From Candidatus Krumholzibacteriota bacterium (GTDB lineage Bacteria; Krumholzibacteriota; Krumholzibacteriia; JAJRXK01), in contig CAWDWO010000013.1 in NCBI GenBank assembly GCA_963806035.1, positions 64,001 through 128,000 on the forward strand: a stretch of DNA of 64,000 nt, given 5' to 3'. A program made the position numbers and the translations under genes. Under the pieces are notes generated by a model. That model had not been told where the DNA came from, ran no database searches, and worked only from the letters and a program-made list of their open reading frames with translations. Position 1 is the first letter of the stretch. Each line of letters starts with the position of its first letter. Below are positions 1 to 10,910 of the stretch, piece after piece.

Positions 1-1
1 C

Positions 2-502
2 GGTTTCGTCTACGGGAAGGCGCACGGGATGCGATTCACCAGCCTGCGCGTGAACAACACCTACGGTCCCAGGCATCAAATGAAGCACGGGAAATACGGA
101 ATTCTGAACTGGTTCCTGCGCTTGGCCCTCGACGGCGATACCATCTCCATTTACGGAGACGGCCAGCAGAAACGCGACTATAACTACGTGGACGACGTCA
201 CCGAGGCCTTCCTCTTGTGCGGAGAGAATGCTCAGAAGACGGAGGGGGAGGCCTACCACCTGGGCGGCGACGAGCCGCGAGCCTTCAAGGAAGTGGCGGA
301 GATGGTCATCGAGGCCGCGGGCAATGGCCGATTGAAACTCGCTCCATGGCCCGAGGAGCGCAGAGTGATCGAGACCGGCGATTTCGTGGCGGATCACTCC
401 AAGTTCAGCGAGGCGACGGGGTGGGAGCCGAAGATCAAGCTGGCGCAGGGGCTGCCCATGACCGTCGAGTACTATCGCCGCTTCAAGGAGCGCTATTGGT
501 GA
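2..502 (+). CDS. NAD-dependent epimerase/dehydratase (extended SDR), 5'-truncated by window edge
   Basis: Frame open from base 2 (GFVYGKAHGMRF...). Motifs LRVNNTYGP, IYGDGQQKRDYNYVDD and GWEPKI are typical of the C-terminal half of nucleotide-sugar epimerases. Confidence 0.88.
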   Translation, partial: GFVYGKAHGMRFTSLRVNNTYGPRHQMKHGKYGILNWFLRLALDGDTISIYGDGQQKRDYNYVDDVTEAFLLCGENAQKTEGEAYHLGGDEPRAFKEVAEMVIEAAGNGRLKLAPWPEERRVIETGDFVADHSKFSEATGWEPKIKLAQGLPMTVEYYRRFKERYW

Positions 503-573
503 GAAGGAGCGCCTGAATTTCCCAGCTGAGCGCGCGCGGCGAAAATTCCCATCCCGCAGAGCGAAGAGGTAGC

Positions 574-1227
574 ATGCAGTTCATTTTGGTCGTCGATCGC
601 AAGCACATCTTTCCCCATCTCGCACCACAGGGATTTCTTTCCCTGGATGCCGTCGATCTCCCCAGCGTCGAGGAGCACGTCTTCTTCGCCGAGCGTGCTT
701 TCATGGAGCAATGCAGCCACTTCAAGCAGATCATTCCCTACATGGTGATCACCTTCGGTGACGAAGTGCTGTGTTATCAGCGGCGCGCCAAACACACCGA
801 GTCCCGGCTCGGGGGGCTGTGGACCCTCGGATTCGGCGGTCACATCGAACCCATGGACCGCGATGAGTCGGATCGCAGCGGCTTCATTCACGCGGCGGCT
901 CTGCGCGAACTCAAAGAGGAAACCGGACTGATCGTCGAAGCCGCGGCGCTTCGGCCGCTGGGCTACATCAACTCCGAGCGCGAAGAGGTCAGTCAGGTTC
1001 ACTTCGGCGTGTTCTTCGAACTCGACCTGCGAAAAGACGGCCGCAGCAAGGAAGAGATCGCCGAACTGGTGGGCGCGCAGTCCGAACCTCACCGCGTGGC
1101 CTGGCGTTCGCGTTCCCAGCTGCATTCGACGCAGGGAACCCCTCCTGCCCCCGACGAGGGCCGCTGGGAAGACTGGACGCTCTATGTGCTCCAGAGCGGC
1201 GTACTCAGCGCGGGTACCGCGATCTGA
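574..1227 (+). CDS. NUDIX-family hydrolase (predicted phosphoesterase type)
   Basis: Nudix-like box GGHIEPMD...AALRELKEETGL, plus KQIIPY and VSQVHFG motifs. SD-like GAGG upstream. Confidence 0.82.
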   Translation: MQFILVVDRKHIFPHLAPQGFLSLDAVDLPSVEEHVFFAERAFMEQCSHFKQIIPYMVITFGDEVLCYQRRAKHTESRLGGLWTLGFGGHIEPMDRDESDRSGFIHAAALRELKEETGLIVEAAALRPLGYINSEREEVSQVHFGVFFELDLRKDGRSKEEIAELVGAQSEPHRVAWRSRSQLHSTQGTPPAPDEGRWEDWTLYVLQSGVLSAGTAI

Positions 1228-1232
1228 GCGAC

Positions 1233-1571
1233 TCAGCCGGCCAAAAGATGGGGAAACTCGCGGAGAAACTGCGCTTGGGGGATGATGCGATCGGCCCCGG
1301 CCAGCTTGGCCCGAATGGGGAGATCGCCCACGAAGTGATCCAAAAAGGCGATGATCGTGGGATCGCAGGGGCCGGCCTTGAGGGCGGCGATGAACTCGAG
1401 GGCCTCTTCTCCCACGTTGAGATCGATGAAGACGCGGCGCAGCGGCTCACCCTGCGAGCATCGTTGCAGGGTCTCCTGCCGGGGCACGTGCAGGAGCTGG
1501 GTGTCATGCTCTTTAGCCTGCAGCAGGAGCTGCGCCACCAAGCTCTCGTCACGGCTCACGAGGATCAACAT
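1233..1571 (-). CDS. Atypical stand-alone receiver (CheY-like) domain protein
   Basis: SD AGGAG before the ATG on the minus strand. VFIDL and AGADRII resemble receiver motifs, but the conserved Lys-Pro is absent. Confidence 0.6.
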   Translation of the reverse strand: MLILVSRDESLVAQLLLQAKEHDTQLLHVPRQETLQRCSQGEPLRRVFIDLNVGEEALEFIAALKAGPCDPTIIAFLDHFVGDLPIRAKLAGADRIIPQAQFLREFPHLLAG

Positions 1572-1613
1572 CTGCTTCTCCTGCTCTGCGCGTTCCGTCG
1601 CGCACGGTGGAAT

Positions 1614-2678
1614 TCAGGCCACGAAACGGCGAGGATCCAGGATGGCCGCCATGCCCCCGGGGAGTCCTCTTTCCCTTAGCCATTGTACGAGAAGGTGCCC
1701 CGCCGTGGGAGCAAGATCGAAATCGCGCGCACCGAAGCCGGCCGCGAGCAGCAGTCGCCGCCGATGTGGCGCGGGCCCCACCAGCGGTCTCTTGTCCTTG
1801 CCTTGCATGCTCTCCCAGACCCCCGAACTCCACACCGTCGCCCGATCCAGCGCGGGCAGCAGGGGGTCGTTGAGGGGGGCGCCCTCCTGGGCCAGGCCGT
1901 TGCGGCGGATCCAGCCGCCGGCCATGGGCCGCCAGCTCAAGCCGAGGCGCTCGTGCCACAGGATACTGATAGAAGCGCCGAAATCCGCCGGGGGTTGCAG
2001 CAGCTGAAAGGGCCGGAGCTTCTGCTCGAGCGCGCGCGTGGCAATTTCGGGGGCCAGGCTGCGCACGACGGAGTCGCTGGCCAGCACCGTCCATCCCGCG
2101 ACGATCTTGCCGTGACTGGTCGTGACTCCGCTCACGAGATCTTCGTGTGAATCGAGCCGGAGCGGGGTTTCACCCTGGATGATCCGTACTCCGCGGCGGG
2201 CAGCCAGCCGCGCGAGGACATCGATTGTCCGCCGTGGATCGAGCAATGCGGCGTCGTGTAGCCACAATCCGGCCCCCTTGGCGGGAAATGTGCCGCGTGG
2301 TTCGTGTCGCGCCAACTGGTCCTCGTCGACTTCCTCTGCCGCCATTCCGTGCGGCCTGAGCCGCAATCCGCGTCCCAGGACGCGCGGAGCCAGCGCTTCG
2401 TCCGCGATCACCAGCATCCCGCAGCGCGCGAGGCCGAGATCCTCTTCGGCTTCTTGGGCCCAATTCTGGTAGGCTTGCGGCGCGGGGGCGGAGAGATCCG
2501 CCAGAGCGGCCAACTCGTGATAGCCGTGCAAGAGGGCGGGAGAGCGCGCGGAGCTGTCGTCGCCCAGGAAGCCGGGAGCGAGCAGCCAGACCTCTTTGTG
2601 GCCCGTCTCCTGCATGGCGAGGGCGCAAGCGCAGGCGCTGATGCCTCCGCCGAGGATGAGGATTTCACAGTTTCGCAT
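1614..2678 (-). CDS. FAD-dependent oxidoreductase, DAO/glycine oxidase/sarcosine oxidase beta-like (divergent)
   Basis: N-terminal Rossmann motif ILILGGGISA, GVTTSHGKI, and C-terminal PLVG...AAGFG...LAPTAG. Confidence 0.8.
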   Translation of the reverse strand: MRNCEILILGGGISACACALAMQETGHKEVWLLAPGFLGDDSSARSPALLHGYHELAALADLSAPAPQAYQNWAQEAEEDLGLARCGMLVIADEALAPRVLGRGLRLRPHGMAAEEVDEDQLARHEPRGTFPAKGAGLWLHDAALLDPRRTIDVLARLAARRGVRIIQGETPLRLDSHEDLVSGVTTSHGKIVAGWTVLASDSVVRSLAPEIATRALEQKLRPFQLLQPPADFGASISILWHERLGLSWRPMAGGWIRRNGLAQEGAPLNDPLLPALDRATVWSSGVWESMQGKDKRPLVGPAPHRRRLLLAAGFGARDFDLAPTAGHLLVQWLRERGLPGGMAAILDPRRFVA

Positions 2679-2822
2679 GGGATCCTCTTTTGAAATTGGA
2701 GCCTAGCCGGGCTCGGCGGGCCGTGCAACGATCCGAATGAGCGCGGTCCAAGGCGCGAAGAAGATGTTTCGATTCCCACACGGCCCCCGTGGGATGGTCC
2801 CAGATCTCCAAGGCGGTCGACA

Positions 2823-4460
2823 TTGCGAACTCCACTGAATGCTGGTCCGAGCCTCGATTCGCTCCTCGATCGCTACGAAGAGCGTACCCACCTCTTCCGG
2901 CCCGACGAGGCCAGAGAGCTGGGCCTTCACCAGTATGACGGCCATCTGGCGCAGATCGGCCGCGACGCGCGGCGCAGCCGGCTTCTCTTCCTGCAGGAGA
3001 TGATGGACGGCCTGGGACCCAATCCGGTGGGTCTCGATGCCCGCCTCTTCCATCAGGCACTCAGGAGCGAGGTCTGGCGGCTGAGCGTGCAGCGCAAGGA
3101 CGAGACCGATCCCATGCACGCGGCCGACCTGGTGGATCCCTCATGCTACCTGCGCTGGGACTACGCACCGTGGGAGGAACGCGCGCGCGCGCTGCAAACT
3201 CATCTCGAGCAGATCCCCGCCTTTCTCGATGCAGTGCGTGACGAACTCGAAGCCGAACTCTCCGCTCCGGCCGTCAACACCGCCCTCTCGGTGTTCAAGG
3301 GCCTGGAGAGTTTCGTGCGCAGCGGGATTTTGCAGGCGGCCCACAGGGAGGGTCCGCTTCCGCGGGGCTTGGAAAGCTGCTGCGAGTCCGCGGCGGACGC
3401 GGTCGAGCGCCATCTGCAGTTCCTGGAGAAAGAGGCGATTCCGCGCGCGCACCAGGATTTCGCCATGGGCACGGCCGGACTGGAAGGAATGCTGCGCGAG
3501 CAGGAGGGACTGGATCTCGAACTGGACGAGGTGGTGCGAGCGGGTGAGGACGAACTGAATCGCAACCGCTCGGAACTGGAAGAGCTGTGCAGGGAGTATC
3601 GCCCCCGGGCAAAGACCAAGGATGTGCTCGGGTCCATCGCAAAGGACGTCAGCTGGCCCATGGACCTGCGGCGGCGCGGTTCTTTGATCCTGGATGAGCT
3701 GTACGAGTTCGTGCAAGAGCGCGAACTCGTGAGCATTCCCAGCGACGGAAGGCCCCAGATCGATGTGACTCCTCCCTGGATGCGCTGGGCCATCGCCTCC
3801 CTGGAAGATCCCGGCCCCTTCGCGCCGGCGCAGCTGCGCGCCTGGTATTACGTGACCCCTCCGGAAGAGTCCTGGTCGGCCGCGCGCAAGCAGCGCTGGC
3901 TGGCGATGTTCAACGATTCGAGTCTGCGCGTGATCACCGGGCACGAAGTCATGCCGGGACATTTCCTGCATGCCTTGCACGTACGGCGCGCTCCCAGCCG
4001 GGCCTCCCGGCTCTTCGCGGTGTGCTATCACTTCTGGGAAGGATGGGCGCACTACGGCGAGCAACTCTTGGCCGAGGAGTCGTTTCGGGAAGGCGATTTG
4101 AAGTTCGCGATCAACCAGCGGCACGCGGCTCTGGAGAGAAGCGGCCGCTTGATGTGCAGTGTCGGCCTGCACAGCCAATCCTGGAGTCTTGCCGAAGCCA
4201 AGCGCTTCTTGACCGGTCACTGCTACGTGAACGAGGTCATGGCTCAGTGCGAAGCCGAGCGGGGTTGCTTCGATCCGCAGTACCTGGGCTACACCCTGGG
4301 AAAACTACTGCTGATCAAATTGCGCGAGGATGTTCGCAAGATCGAGAAGGACCGATTCTCGCTGAAGTCCTTCCACGACCGGGTGCTTTCGGTAGGGGCA
4401 CCGCCGATTTCACTCTTGCGCGAGGAAGTCTTCGGTCTGCGCGACCGCAAGCTTCTCTGA
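2823..4460 (+). CDS. DUF885 family protein (putative metallopeptidase)
   Basis: Motifs HEVMPGHFLH, EGWAHYGE, YLGYTLGKL and FHDRVL..GAPP. TTG start is uncertain. Confidence 0.85.
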   Translation: MRTPLNAGPSLDSLLDRYEERTHLFRPDEARELGLHQYDGHLAQIGRDARRSRLLFLQEMMDGLGPNPVGLDARLFHQALRSEVWRLSVQRKDETDPMHAADLVDPSCYLRWDYAPWEERARALQTHLEQIPAFLDAVRDELEAELSAPAVNTALSVFKGLESFVRSGILQAAHREGPLPRGLESCCESAADAVERHLQFLEKEAIPRAHQDFAMGTAGLEGMLREQEGLDLELDEVVRAGEDELNRNRSELEELCREYRPRAKTKDVLGSIAKDVSWPMDLRRRGSLILDELYEFVQERELVSIPSDGRPQIDVTPPWMRWAIASLEDPGPFAPAQLRAWYYVTPPEESWSAARKQRWLAMFNDSSLRVITGHEVMPGHFLHALHVRRAPSRASRLFAVCYHFWEGWAHYGEQLLAEESFREGDLKFAINQRHAALERSGRLMCSVGLHSQSWSLAEAKRFLTGHCYVNEVMAQCEAERGCFDPQYLGYTLGKLLLIKLREDVRKIEKDRFSLKSFHDRVLSVGAPPISLLREEVFGLRDRKLL

Positions 4461-4488
4461 GCGCATCCGTGCGCCGCTACGACTTCCT

Positions 4489-5808
4489 TCACTGGGACTT
4501 TTTGCTCTCGATCGTCTCGTAGCGTGCATCCTCGAGCTTGTCCAGGTCGTAGCTCTTGCGGTAGCGCGGCTTGTGCGCGGCGGCAAAAGTTTCCGTGAAA
4601 GCAGCGGTGAGGGGGGTCCCGTCCAGATCGTCGCCGATCGGCGTATTTTCCATGGACAGGATCGTGGGGGCGAGATCGTACACTTTGGTGAAGCTCAGTC
4701 TCTTCCCTTTCGCGATCCCGTGCCCGTAGAGGATCAGCACTCCATTGGGTTTCGCCTGGGCGAGCGGGACCGTTTCACCTTCCGAGTTCTGGACGTGCTC
4801 GATTCCGAAACCGCGCTCGCTCACCACGATGAGAGTTGCATTCCGATCGAGGGCGTCGAGGACCGTGCCCAGCCGTTCGTCGATCCAGCGGTAGGTCTCG
4901 TTCACCGTGTCGCGGAAGCGCCGGTAATTGGGGCTCTGGGCGATGAGCCCCTCCGGCTGCACGAAGTACCAGTACGGCGGGGAGACCACGGCCGGCAGCT
5001 CCAAGAAGCAAGCCGTGAGCTCGGGCTGGTAGTGTTCTTTCAGATAAAGGGCCATGTCCAGATAGCTGAGATCGGTCTGGTGGGTGAGGGCGAAGTCGCG
5101 CAGAGGATTATCCAGATGCTGAATGGATCCCAGGGGTTCGTCGTAAGCCATGGAGAACTCCTTCTCGTTCAAAACGAAGAAGCGCGTGAGTTCTTCCCGG
5201 CTGATGGAGTCAGCGGGGCGGTAGAGCTTCTCCAGCTCCTGAAACAGTGCATTGGGATAGGTCTCGCGTTGTCCCTCCTGCGGATGGAAGCTCACCTCGC
5301 TCGTCTCTGACCAGCGATTGGGAAAGGCCATGTTGCTGACGACTTGGCCGCGGACGACTTCGGCGGGAAAGCTGACGGGCAGGCCCACCAGCGCGACGCT
5401 GTGCCCGTTGCGCGAGAGCATCTGCCAGATGCTGGTGGTCAGGCGGGAAACCGAACGCGCGGGGCAGACGAGCCCGTTCTGCATCGGTTCGAAATTCCCG
5501 TAGATCTGATGTTTCGCATCGCGCTTCCCGCTCTGGATGCTGGCCCAGAGGGCGGCGACCGCCAGAGGGTCCTCGCCCTGTGGATCGGCCCGCGTGCCGC
5601 CCTTCACGATCTTGCTGAAATTGGGGAGCTTTCCCTGGTCCATGAGCGCATCCAGACGGCTCCACTCCAGCGAGGAGACGCCGAGGATGAAGATTTCCGA
5701 GGGATCGCTCGCTTCGTCGCTTCCGGAGCCGCAAGACGCGAGAAAAGCCACGCACAAGCTCAGGCAGAGGCCGAAAACGAAGAGTCGAAGGCGAGTTTTG
5801 ACGAGCAT
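4489..5808 (-). CDS. Alkaline phosphatase/type I phosphodiesterase superfamily lipoprotein, apparently catalytically degenerate
   Basis: Lipobox LASC. Fold-typical segments GKLPNF, W.SIQSG, SFPAE.V.G, Y..IDERLG, LIVVSERGF, DLAPTIL and LDG.PL. Confidence 0.78.
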   Translation of the reverse strand: MLVKTRLRLFVFGLCLSLCVAFLASCGSGSDEASDPSEIFILGVSSLEWSRLDALMDQGKLPNFSKIVKGGTRADPQGEDPLAVAALWASIQSGKRDAKHQIYGNFEPMQNGLVCPARSVSRLTTSIWQMLSRNGHSVALVGLPVSFPAEVVRGQVVSNMAFPNRWSETSEVSFHPQEGQRETYPNALFQELEKLYRPADSISREELTRFFVLNEKEFSMAYDEPLGSIQHLDNPLRDFALTHQTDLSYLDMALYLKEHYQPELTACFLELPAVVSPPYWYFVQPEGLIAQSPNYRRFRDTVNETYRWIDERLGTVLDALDRNATLIVVSERGFGIEHVQNSEGETVPLAQAKPNGVLILYGHGIAKGKRLSFTKVYDLAPTILSMENTPIGDDLDGTPLTAAFTETFAAAHKPRYRKSYDLDKLEDARYETIESKKSQ

Positions 5809-5938
5809 GATCTACCGTTCACCACCGTCGAAGTGAAATTGCTTGCCGCGCAGGGCTTGGCGAGAAGGGCCCGAGCGCTTTCCTTATCATCTGCGGCTCC
5901 GTCCGGGTCGCAGTCTCTTTATTCTAAAGGAGAGAGAA

Positions 5939-6931
<993 letters not shown>

Positions 6932-6940
6932 GAGAGAGCC

Positions 6941-7846
6941 TTGGCCACTCCGCGTGACATGCTTCTGGACCCCGAACTGCTGGGGCGCTTGAAGAGCCTG
7001 GAGCTCATCGCTCGCAGCCTGGTCGAGGGGTTTCTGGTGGGTCTGCACCGCAGCCCCTACCACGGATTTTCGGTGGAGTTCGCGGAATACCGGCAGTACA
7101 TCCCCGGCGAAAGCACGCAGAACATCGACTGGCGGGTCTTCGCCAAGACCGATCGGCACTACGTGAAGGTGTTTCAGGAGGAGACCAATCTGATGGCCAG
7201 ATTGCTTCTGGACGTCTCCGCCTCGATGGATACTCCGCCCACCGAGGGACTGCCCTCCAAGTTGCTTTACGCCAAGTTGCTCGCGGCCGCACTGTCCTAT
7301 CTGCTCTTGAAGCAGAACGATGCGGTGGGGCTGGTGACCTTCGACACCAAAGCGCTGGAGATGATTCCACCGCGCAGCTCGCGCAAGCAATTGATGCACT
7401 TGATGGCCCGTCTGCAGAATGCGAGCGTGGGCCGCCGCACCCACGTGGGACAGGTGCTGAGCGAGATGGCCGACCGCATGTGGCGCCGGGGACTCGTCAT
7501 CGTGATCAGCGATCTCATCGACGATCCTCAGACGGTGCTGCGCGGCCTGAAGCATTTCCGTCACCGTCAACACGAGGTCCTCGTCTTCCACGTTCTCGAT
7601 CCCCGTGAGCTGGACCTGGACTTCGGCCGTCAGGCGCGCTTCGTCGACCCCGAGGGGGACTTCGATCCGATCAGCGCGCAGCCCTGGCACCTGAAGGAGA
7701 GCTACGCGTCAGAAGTCAGCGCCTGGCGCAAGCACCTGGGCCGGGAGTGCGGGATGCACCAGATCGACTACGTGCCCCTCACGACGGAGACTCCCTTCGA
7801 TGTCGCGCTCATGGCCTACCTGGCCAAGCGCGCTCGCCTGGGCTAG
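6941..7846 (+). CDS. DUF58 domain protein (VWA-like MoxR partner)
   Basis: GLHRSPYHGFSVEFAEYRQY.PG, IDW, LLDVSASM, ISDL. Directly follows moxR. Confidence 0.93.
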   Translation: MATPRDMLLDPELLGRLKSLELIARSLVEGFLVGLHRSPYHGFSVEFAEYRQYIPGESTQNIDWRVFAKTDRHYVKVFQEETNLMARLLLDVSASMDTPPTEGLPSKLLYAKLLAAALSYLLLKQNDAVGLVTFDTKALEMIPPRSSRKQLMHLMARLQNASVGRRTHVGQVLSEMADRMWRRGLVIVISDLIDDPQTVLRGLKHFRHRQHEVLVFHVLDPRELDLDFGRQARFVDPEGDFDPISAQPWHLKESYASEVSAWRKHLGRECGMHQIDYVPLTTETPFDVALMAYLAKRARLG

Positions 7847-7855
7847 GAGCTGGCG

Positions 7856-9979
7856 TTGAATTTTCTCCATCCCGCATTTCTCTTCGGGCTGCTGGCGGCG
7901 GGCATTCCGATCCTCTTGCACTTCTTGCGGCGCAGGGAAGTTCAGGAAATTCGATTCGCTCCCATGCGCTTTCTCAAGCCCTCGCAGGAGCAACAGAGTC
8001 GTCGCCTGCGGCTTCGGCGCCTGCTCCTCTTGGCCCTGCGCGTGGCGGCCTTGGTCTGCATCGTTCTGGCTCTGGCCCGACCCACCGTGACCGGCGGACT
8101 GTCCTGGCTCGCTCCGGCCGGCAGGGGGGTGAGCGTGCTGGTGATGGTCGACGACAGCGCGTCGATGCGCGCGCAGGCCTCCGGGGGATCGCTCTTCGAG
8201 CTCGCGCGCGAAGAGGCGGGCGAGATCGCCGCGGGACTCTCCTCGAGCGACGAATTCGCTCTCGCCGTTTTCGACGATGGGCTGCATCCCCTGCTCGAGG
8301 ACTTCGTGCGCGATCCGAACCTGGCGCTGGCTCAGTTGAAGTCGCGAGACTGCGGTTTCTCCGCCACCAACTACTTCGCTTCGCTCGACAATGCCCTCGA
8401 CTTCCTGAAGCGGGCCGCCCACCCGCACCGGGAGATCTACCTGGTGAGCGACTTCCAGCGGGCGCCCGAAGATTCCGTGGCGCGCAGAACTTTGGCAAAG
8501 CGCCTGGCCGAGCATCCCGACACCCACGTCTTTTTGCGCCAGGTGGCAGCGGAGCCCTTCGTGAACCGTCAAGTGGAGCAGGTGCGGCGCCCCGCCTCGC
8601 TCTTGCATCCCGGAGAGACGGCCGAAATCTCGGTGAGCGTGCGACAGGACGGCGAGAAGCCACTGCCGGTTCAGGTGTTCTTGACGGTGCAGGGTGAGCC
8701 GATGGGGGAGACCGAGATCCAGCTGAACCAGGGGGAGAGCGAGAGCCATTCGTTCCCGGTGACGCTGCCCGAGGCGGGTGATCTGGCCGGCTCGGCGCGC
8801 CTGCGGCCCGATCGCTTTCCCTGTGACGACCAGCGCTTCTTCGTGGTGGAGGTCACCGATCGCGTGCCGGTTCTCGTCCTGCGTGGCTTCACCCAAACCG
8901 AAGCGCGGCGCGACCCACTGCTTTTCTTGGCCGCGGCCCTTAATCCCGATGAGAGCGACGCGGGGGATTTCGCGCTCACGAGCGTGGACTGCTCCCGTCT
9001 CGAGGTGGAAACGCTCTCCTCTTATCGGGTGGTACTGGCCGCGGATCCGGACGAGTTCGGGGCAGCGCGCCTGGCCGCACTCAGCGACTACCTGCGCGGC
9101 GGTGGCACCATGCTGCTCTTCTGTGGCGACCCGCGCGAACGGGAATACGCCAACGAAAATTTGCTGCCGACCTGGACCACCGCGCGCCTGGGTCCCTTCC
9201 GCGGCGGTGAGGAGAGCATCGAGCACCTGCAGGTCGTCGCCCGCGATCACCCCATTTTTCAGGGCTTCTCCCGCGAGGAGATCGCCACCCTGGAAGAGGC
9301 CAAACTGCGCGATTTCTACCGGATCGAGGGACAGGCCGGCCACCCGCTCATCGAGTACCGCGGCGGAGGAGTTGCGGTCAGCGAGTTCAAGGTGGGCGAG
9401 GGTAGGCTCCTGCTCTGCGGCTTCCATCCCTCGGCCACTTCGGGGGATCTGCCGTTCTCTCCCATGTTTCTTCCCTTCGCCCAGCGCGCCAGCGCCTATT
9501 TGGCCACGGCGGCCGGCGGAGGTCTGCACCGTGAAGTCGAAGTCGGGCAGGCGCTCTCGTGCGAGGCTCCCGGCGGCCTGAAGGCCGAGTCGCGGGTGGA
9601 GCTGCGCACTCCCGACGAGCGGCTCGTGCCGGTGGAGATCGATGCCACCGCCGCCCCGCCGCGGCTTCGCTTCGGGGTGATCGAGCAGCCGGGTCTGTAC
9701 GAAGTTCTGATCGAGGGGGCGGCGTGGGCGCAGTTCGCGGCCAATGTTCCTTCCGCGGAATCCGAGCGTAAATTCAGTACGGGCGAGGATTTCATCCGCG
9801 AGAACTTTGGCTCCTCGGCCCGCGGCGTCCGCGCCCTCAAAGGCGAAGATGTAGCGCAAGACCTCCAGCGTGCGCGGACCGGGCGCCCCATCCACCGCCT
9901 CTTCCTGCTTCTGGCCGGGCTCTTCCTGCTCGCCGAGAGCCTCTTGGGAAGGCGGGTTTCGCTCGGGGGCGAAGGTTGA
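7856..9979 (+). CDS. BatA-type N-terminal double-TM + VWA domain membrane protein
   Basis: MNFLHPAFLFGL...PILLH...LALARP N-terminus, MIDAS-like DDSASM, LVSDFQ, and a C-terminal TM ending LLAES. Confidence 0.88.
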   Translation: MNFLHPAFLFGLLAAGIPILLHFLRRREVQEIRFAPMRFLKPSQEQQSRRLRLRRLLLLALRVAALVCIVLALARPTVTGGLSWLAPAGRGVSVLVMVDDSASMRAQASGGSLFELAREEAGEIAAGLSSSDEFALAVFDDGLHPLLEDFVRDPNLALAQLKSRDCGFSATNYFASLDNALDFLKRAAHPHREIYLVSDFQRAPEDSVARRTLAKRLAEHPDTHVFLRQVAAEPFVNRQVEQVRRPASLLHPGETAEISVSVRQDGEKPLPVQVFLTVQGEPMGETEIQLNQGESESHSFPVTLPEAGDLAGSARLRPDRFPCDDQRFFVVEVTDRVPVLVLRGFTQTEARRDPLLFLAAALNPDESDAGDFALTSVDCSRLEVETLSSYRVVLAADPDEFGAARLAALSDYLRGGGTMLLFCGDPREREYANENLLPTWTTARLGPFRGGEESIEHLQVVARDHPIFQGFSREEIATLEEAKLRDFYRIEGQAGHPLIEYRGGGVAVSEFKVGEGRLLLCGFHPSATSGDLPFSPMFLPFAQRASAYLATAAGGGLHREVEVGQALSCEAPGGLKAESRVELRTPDERLVPVEIDATAAPPRLRFGVIEQPGLYEVLIEGAAWAQFAANVPSAESERKFSTGEDFIRENFGSSARGVRALKGEDVAQDLQRARTGRPIHRLFLLLAGLFLLAESLLGRRVSLGGEG

Positions 9980-10016
9980 GAGAGAGCCCAAACGATCGCC
10001 TTTTCGCACGATATCC

Positions 10017-10046
10017 TTGCAATCCGGCGCGAAAGCGCGCTATTCT
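10017..10046 (+). promoter_or_regulatory. Putative sigma70 promoter
   Basis: TTGCAA-18 nt-TATTCT in the intergenic region upstream of 10221. Confidence 0.4.
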
Positions 10047-10220
10047 CAGCTGGGCTCCATCAACGCTCGATTCGTGTCCCCAAAGTCCTCGGGCTTGAGC
10101 ACAACGGACAGTGATTGCTCGCACCTCCGGGGCTTATGAGCCGTCTCGACTCAACAACATTCTGGTGTACGCGAGGTCCTAGGTCGCGGAACACCAGCAG
10201 GTCAATTTAGGGAGGCACAC

Positions 10221-10898
10221 ATGCGATTTTTGCGCACGATGCTCGTTGCCTTGTTCGTGCTGGGAGCCCTGGTCCCCGCTACGATTGCACAAGGTATCGA
10301 GATCTCTGACTACATTGGGTACGCTTGGGAGACCGGTGGATTTCCGCCGAGCGATCCGGGAGACGTCCTGCAGTTCGTCGGTGTGGCCGACTGGATGGAT
10401 CCCATCGCGGGCGTCGATCTGGCCACCGAGGAAGTCACCTACTACGTGTACGGGCTCACCAGCCTGGGCGCGTCCGCGGATGATCCTGCTGTCGGCTACA
10501 CCACCTACTACTACAGCGGCGGCACGCTCGAGATGTATCGAGATTCCGCGAAGAACGCGGCCTACGGGATCAATCCCGCCAACGCAACCGCACCCTCGAC
10601 CTTCACTGATGGCACCCTGTTGCTGAAGGGCGCCTTCACCAGCTTTGCCATCACCTTCGATCCCTTCGGTGGCGCGAGCTACGGCGGTGCGGCCGACGGG
10701 TTGGCCGGAGAACTCATCACCAGCTGCAGCGGTTGCATCTACTCCTGGGGCGGTACCTACACCGTCGATGTGGGAGCACAGATCCCCGAGGGATACGACA
10801 TGCAGCTCGACGGGATTCTCCAAATCGACTCCGCCGTGCCCACAACGGACGCGAGCTGGGGTACCATCAAGTCTCAATACGGCAGCAGCCAACGCTAA
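10221..10898 (+). CDS. Secreted protein with C-terminal SWGxIKxxY-type motif
   Basis: SD GGGAGG, signal peptide (…PATIA-QG), acidic beta-rich body, C-terminus VPTTDASWGTIKSQYGSSQR. Confidence 0.85.
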   Translation: MRFLRTMLVALFVLGALVPATIAQGIEISDYIGYAWETGGFPPSDPGDVLQFVGVADWMDPIAGVDLATEEVTYYVYGLTSLGASADDPAVGYTTYYYSGGTLEMYRDSAKNAAYGINPANATAPSTFTDGTLLLKGAFTSFAITFDPFGGASYGGAADGLAGELITSCSGCIYSWGGTYTVDVGAQIPEGYDMQLDGILQIDSAVPTTDASWGTIKSQYGSSQR

Positions 10899-10910
10899 GG
10901 AGGACAACAG

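Noticed and set aside
10018..10046. c-di-GMP-I riboswitch (GCAA...GCGC-GAAA-GCGC)
   Set aside because: Lacks the GGACGCAAAG segment and second stem, and overlaps a predicted promoter spacer.
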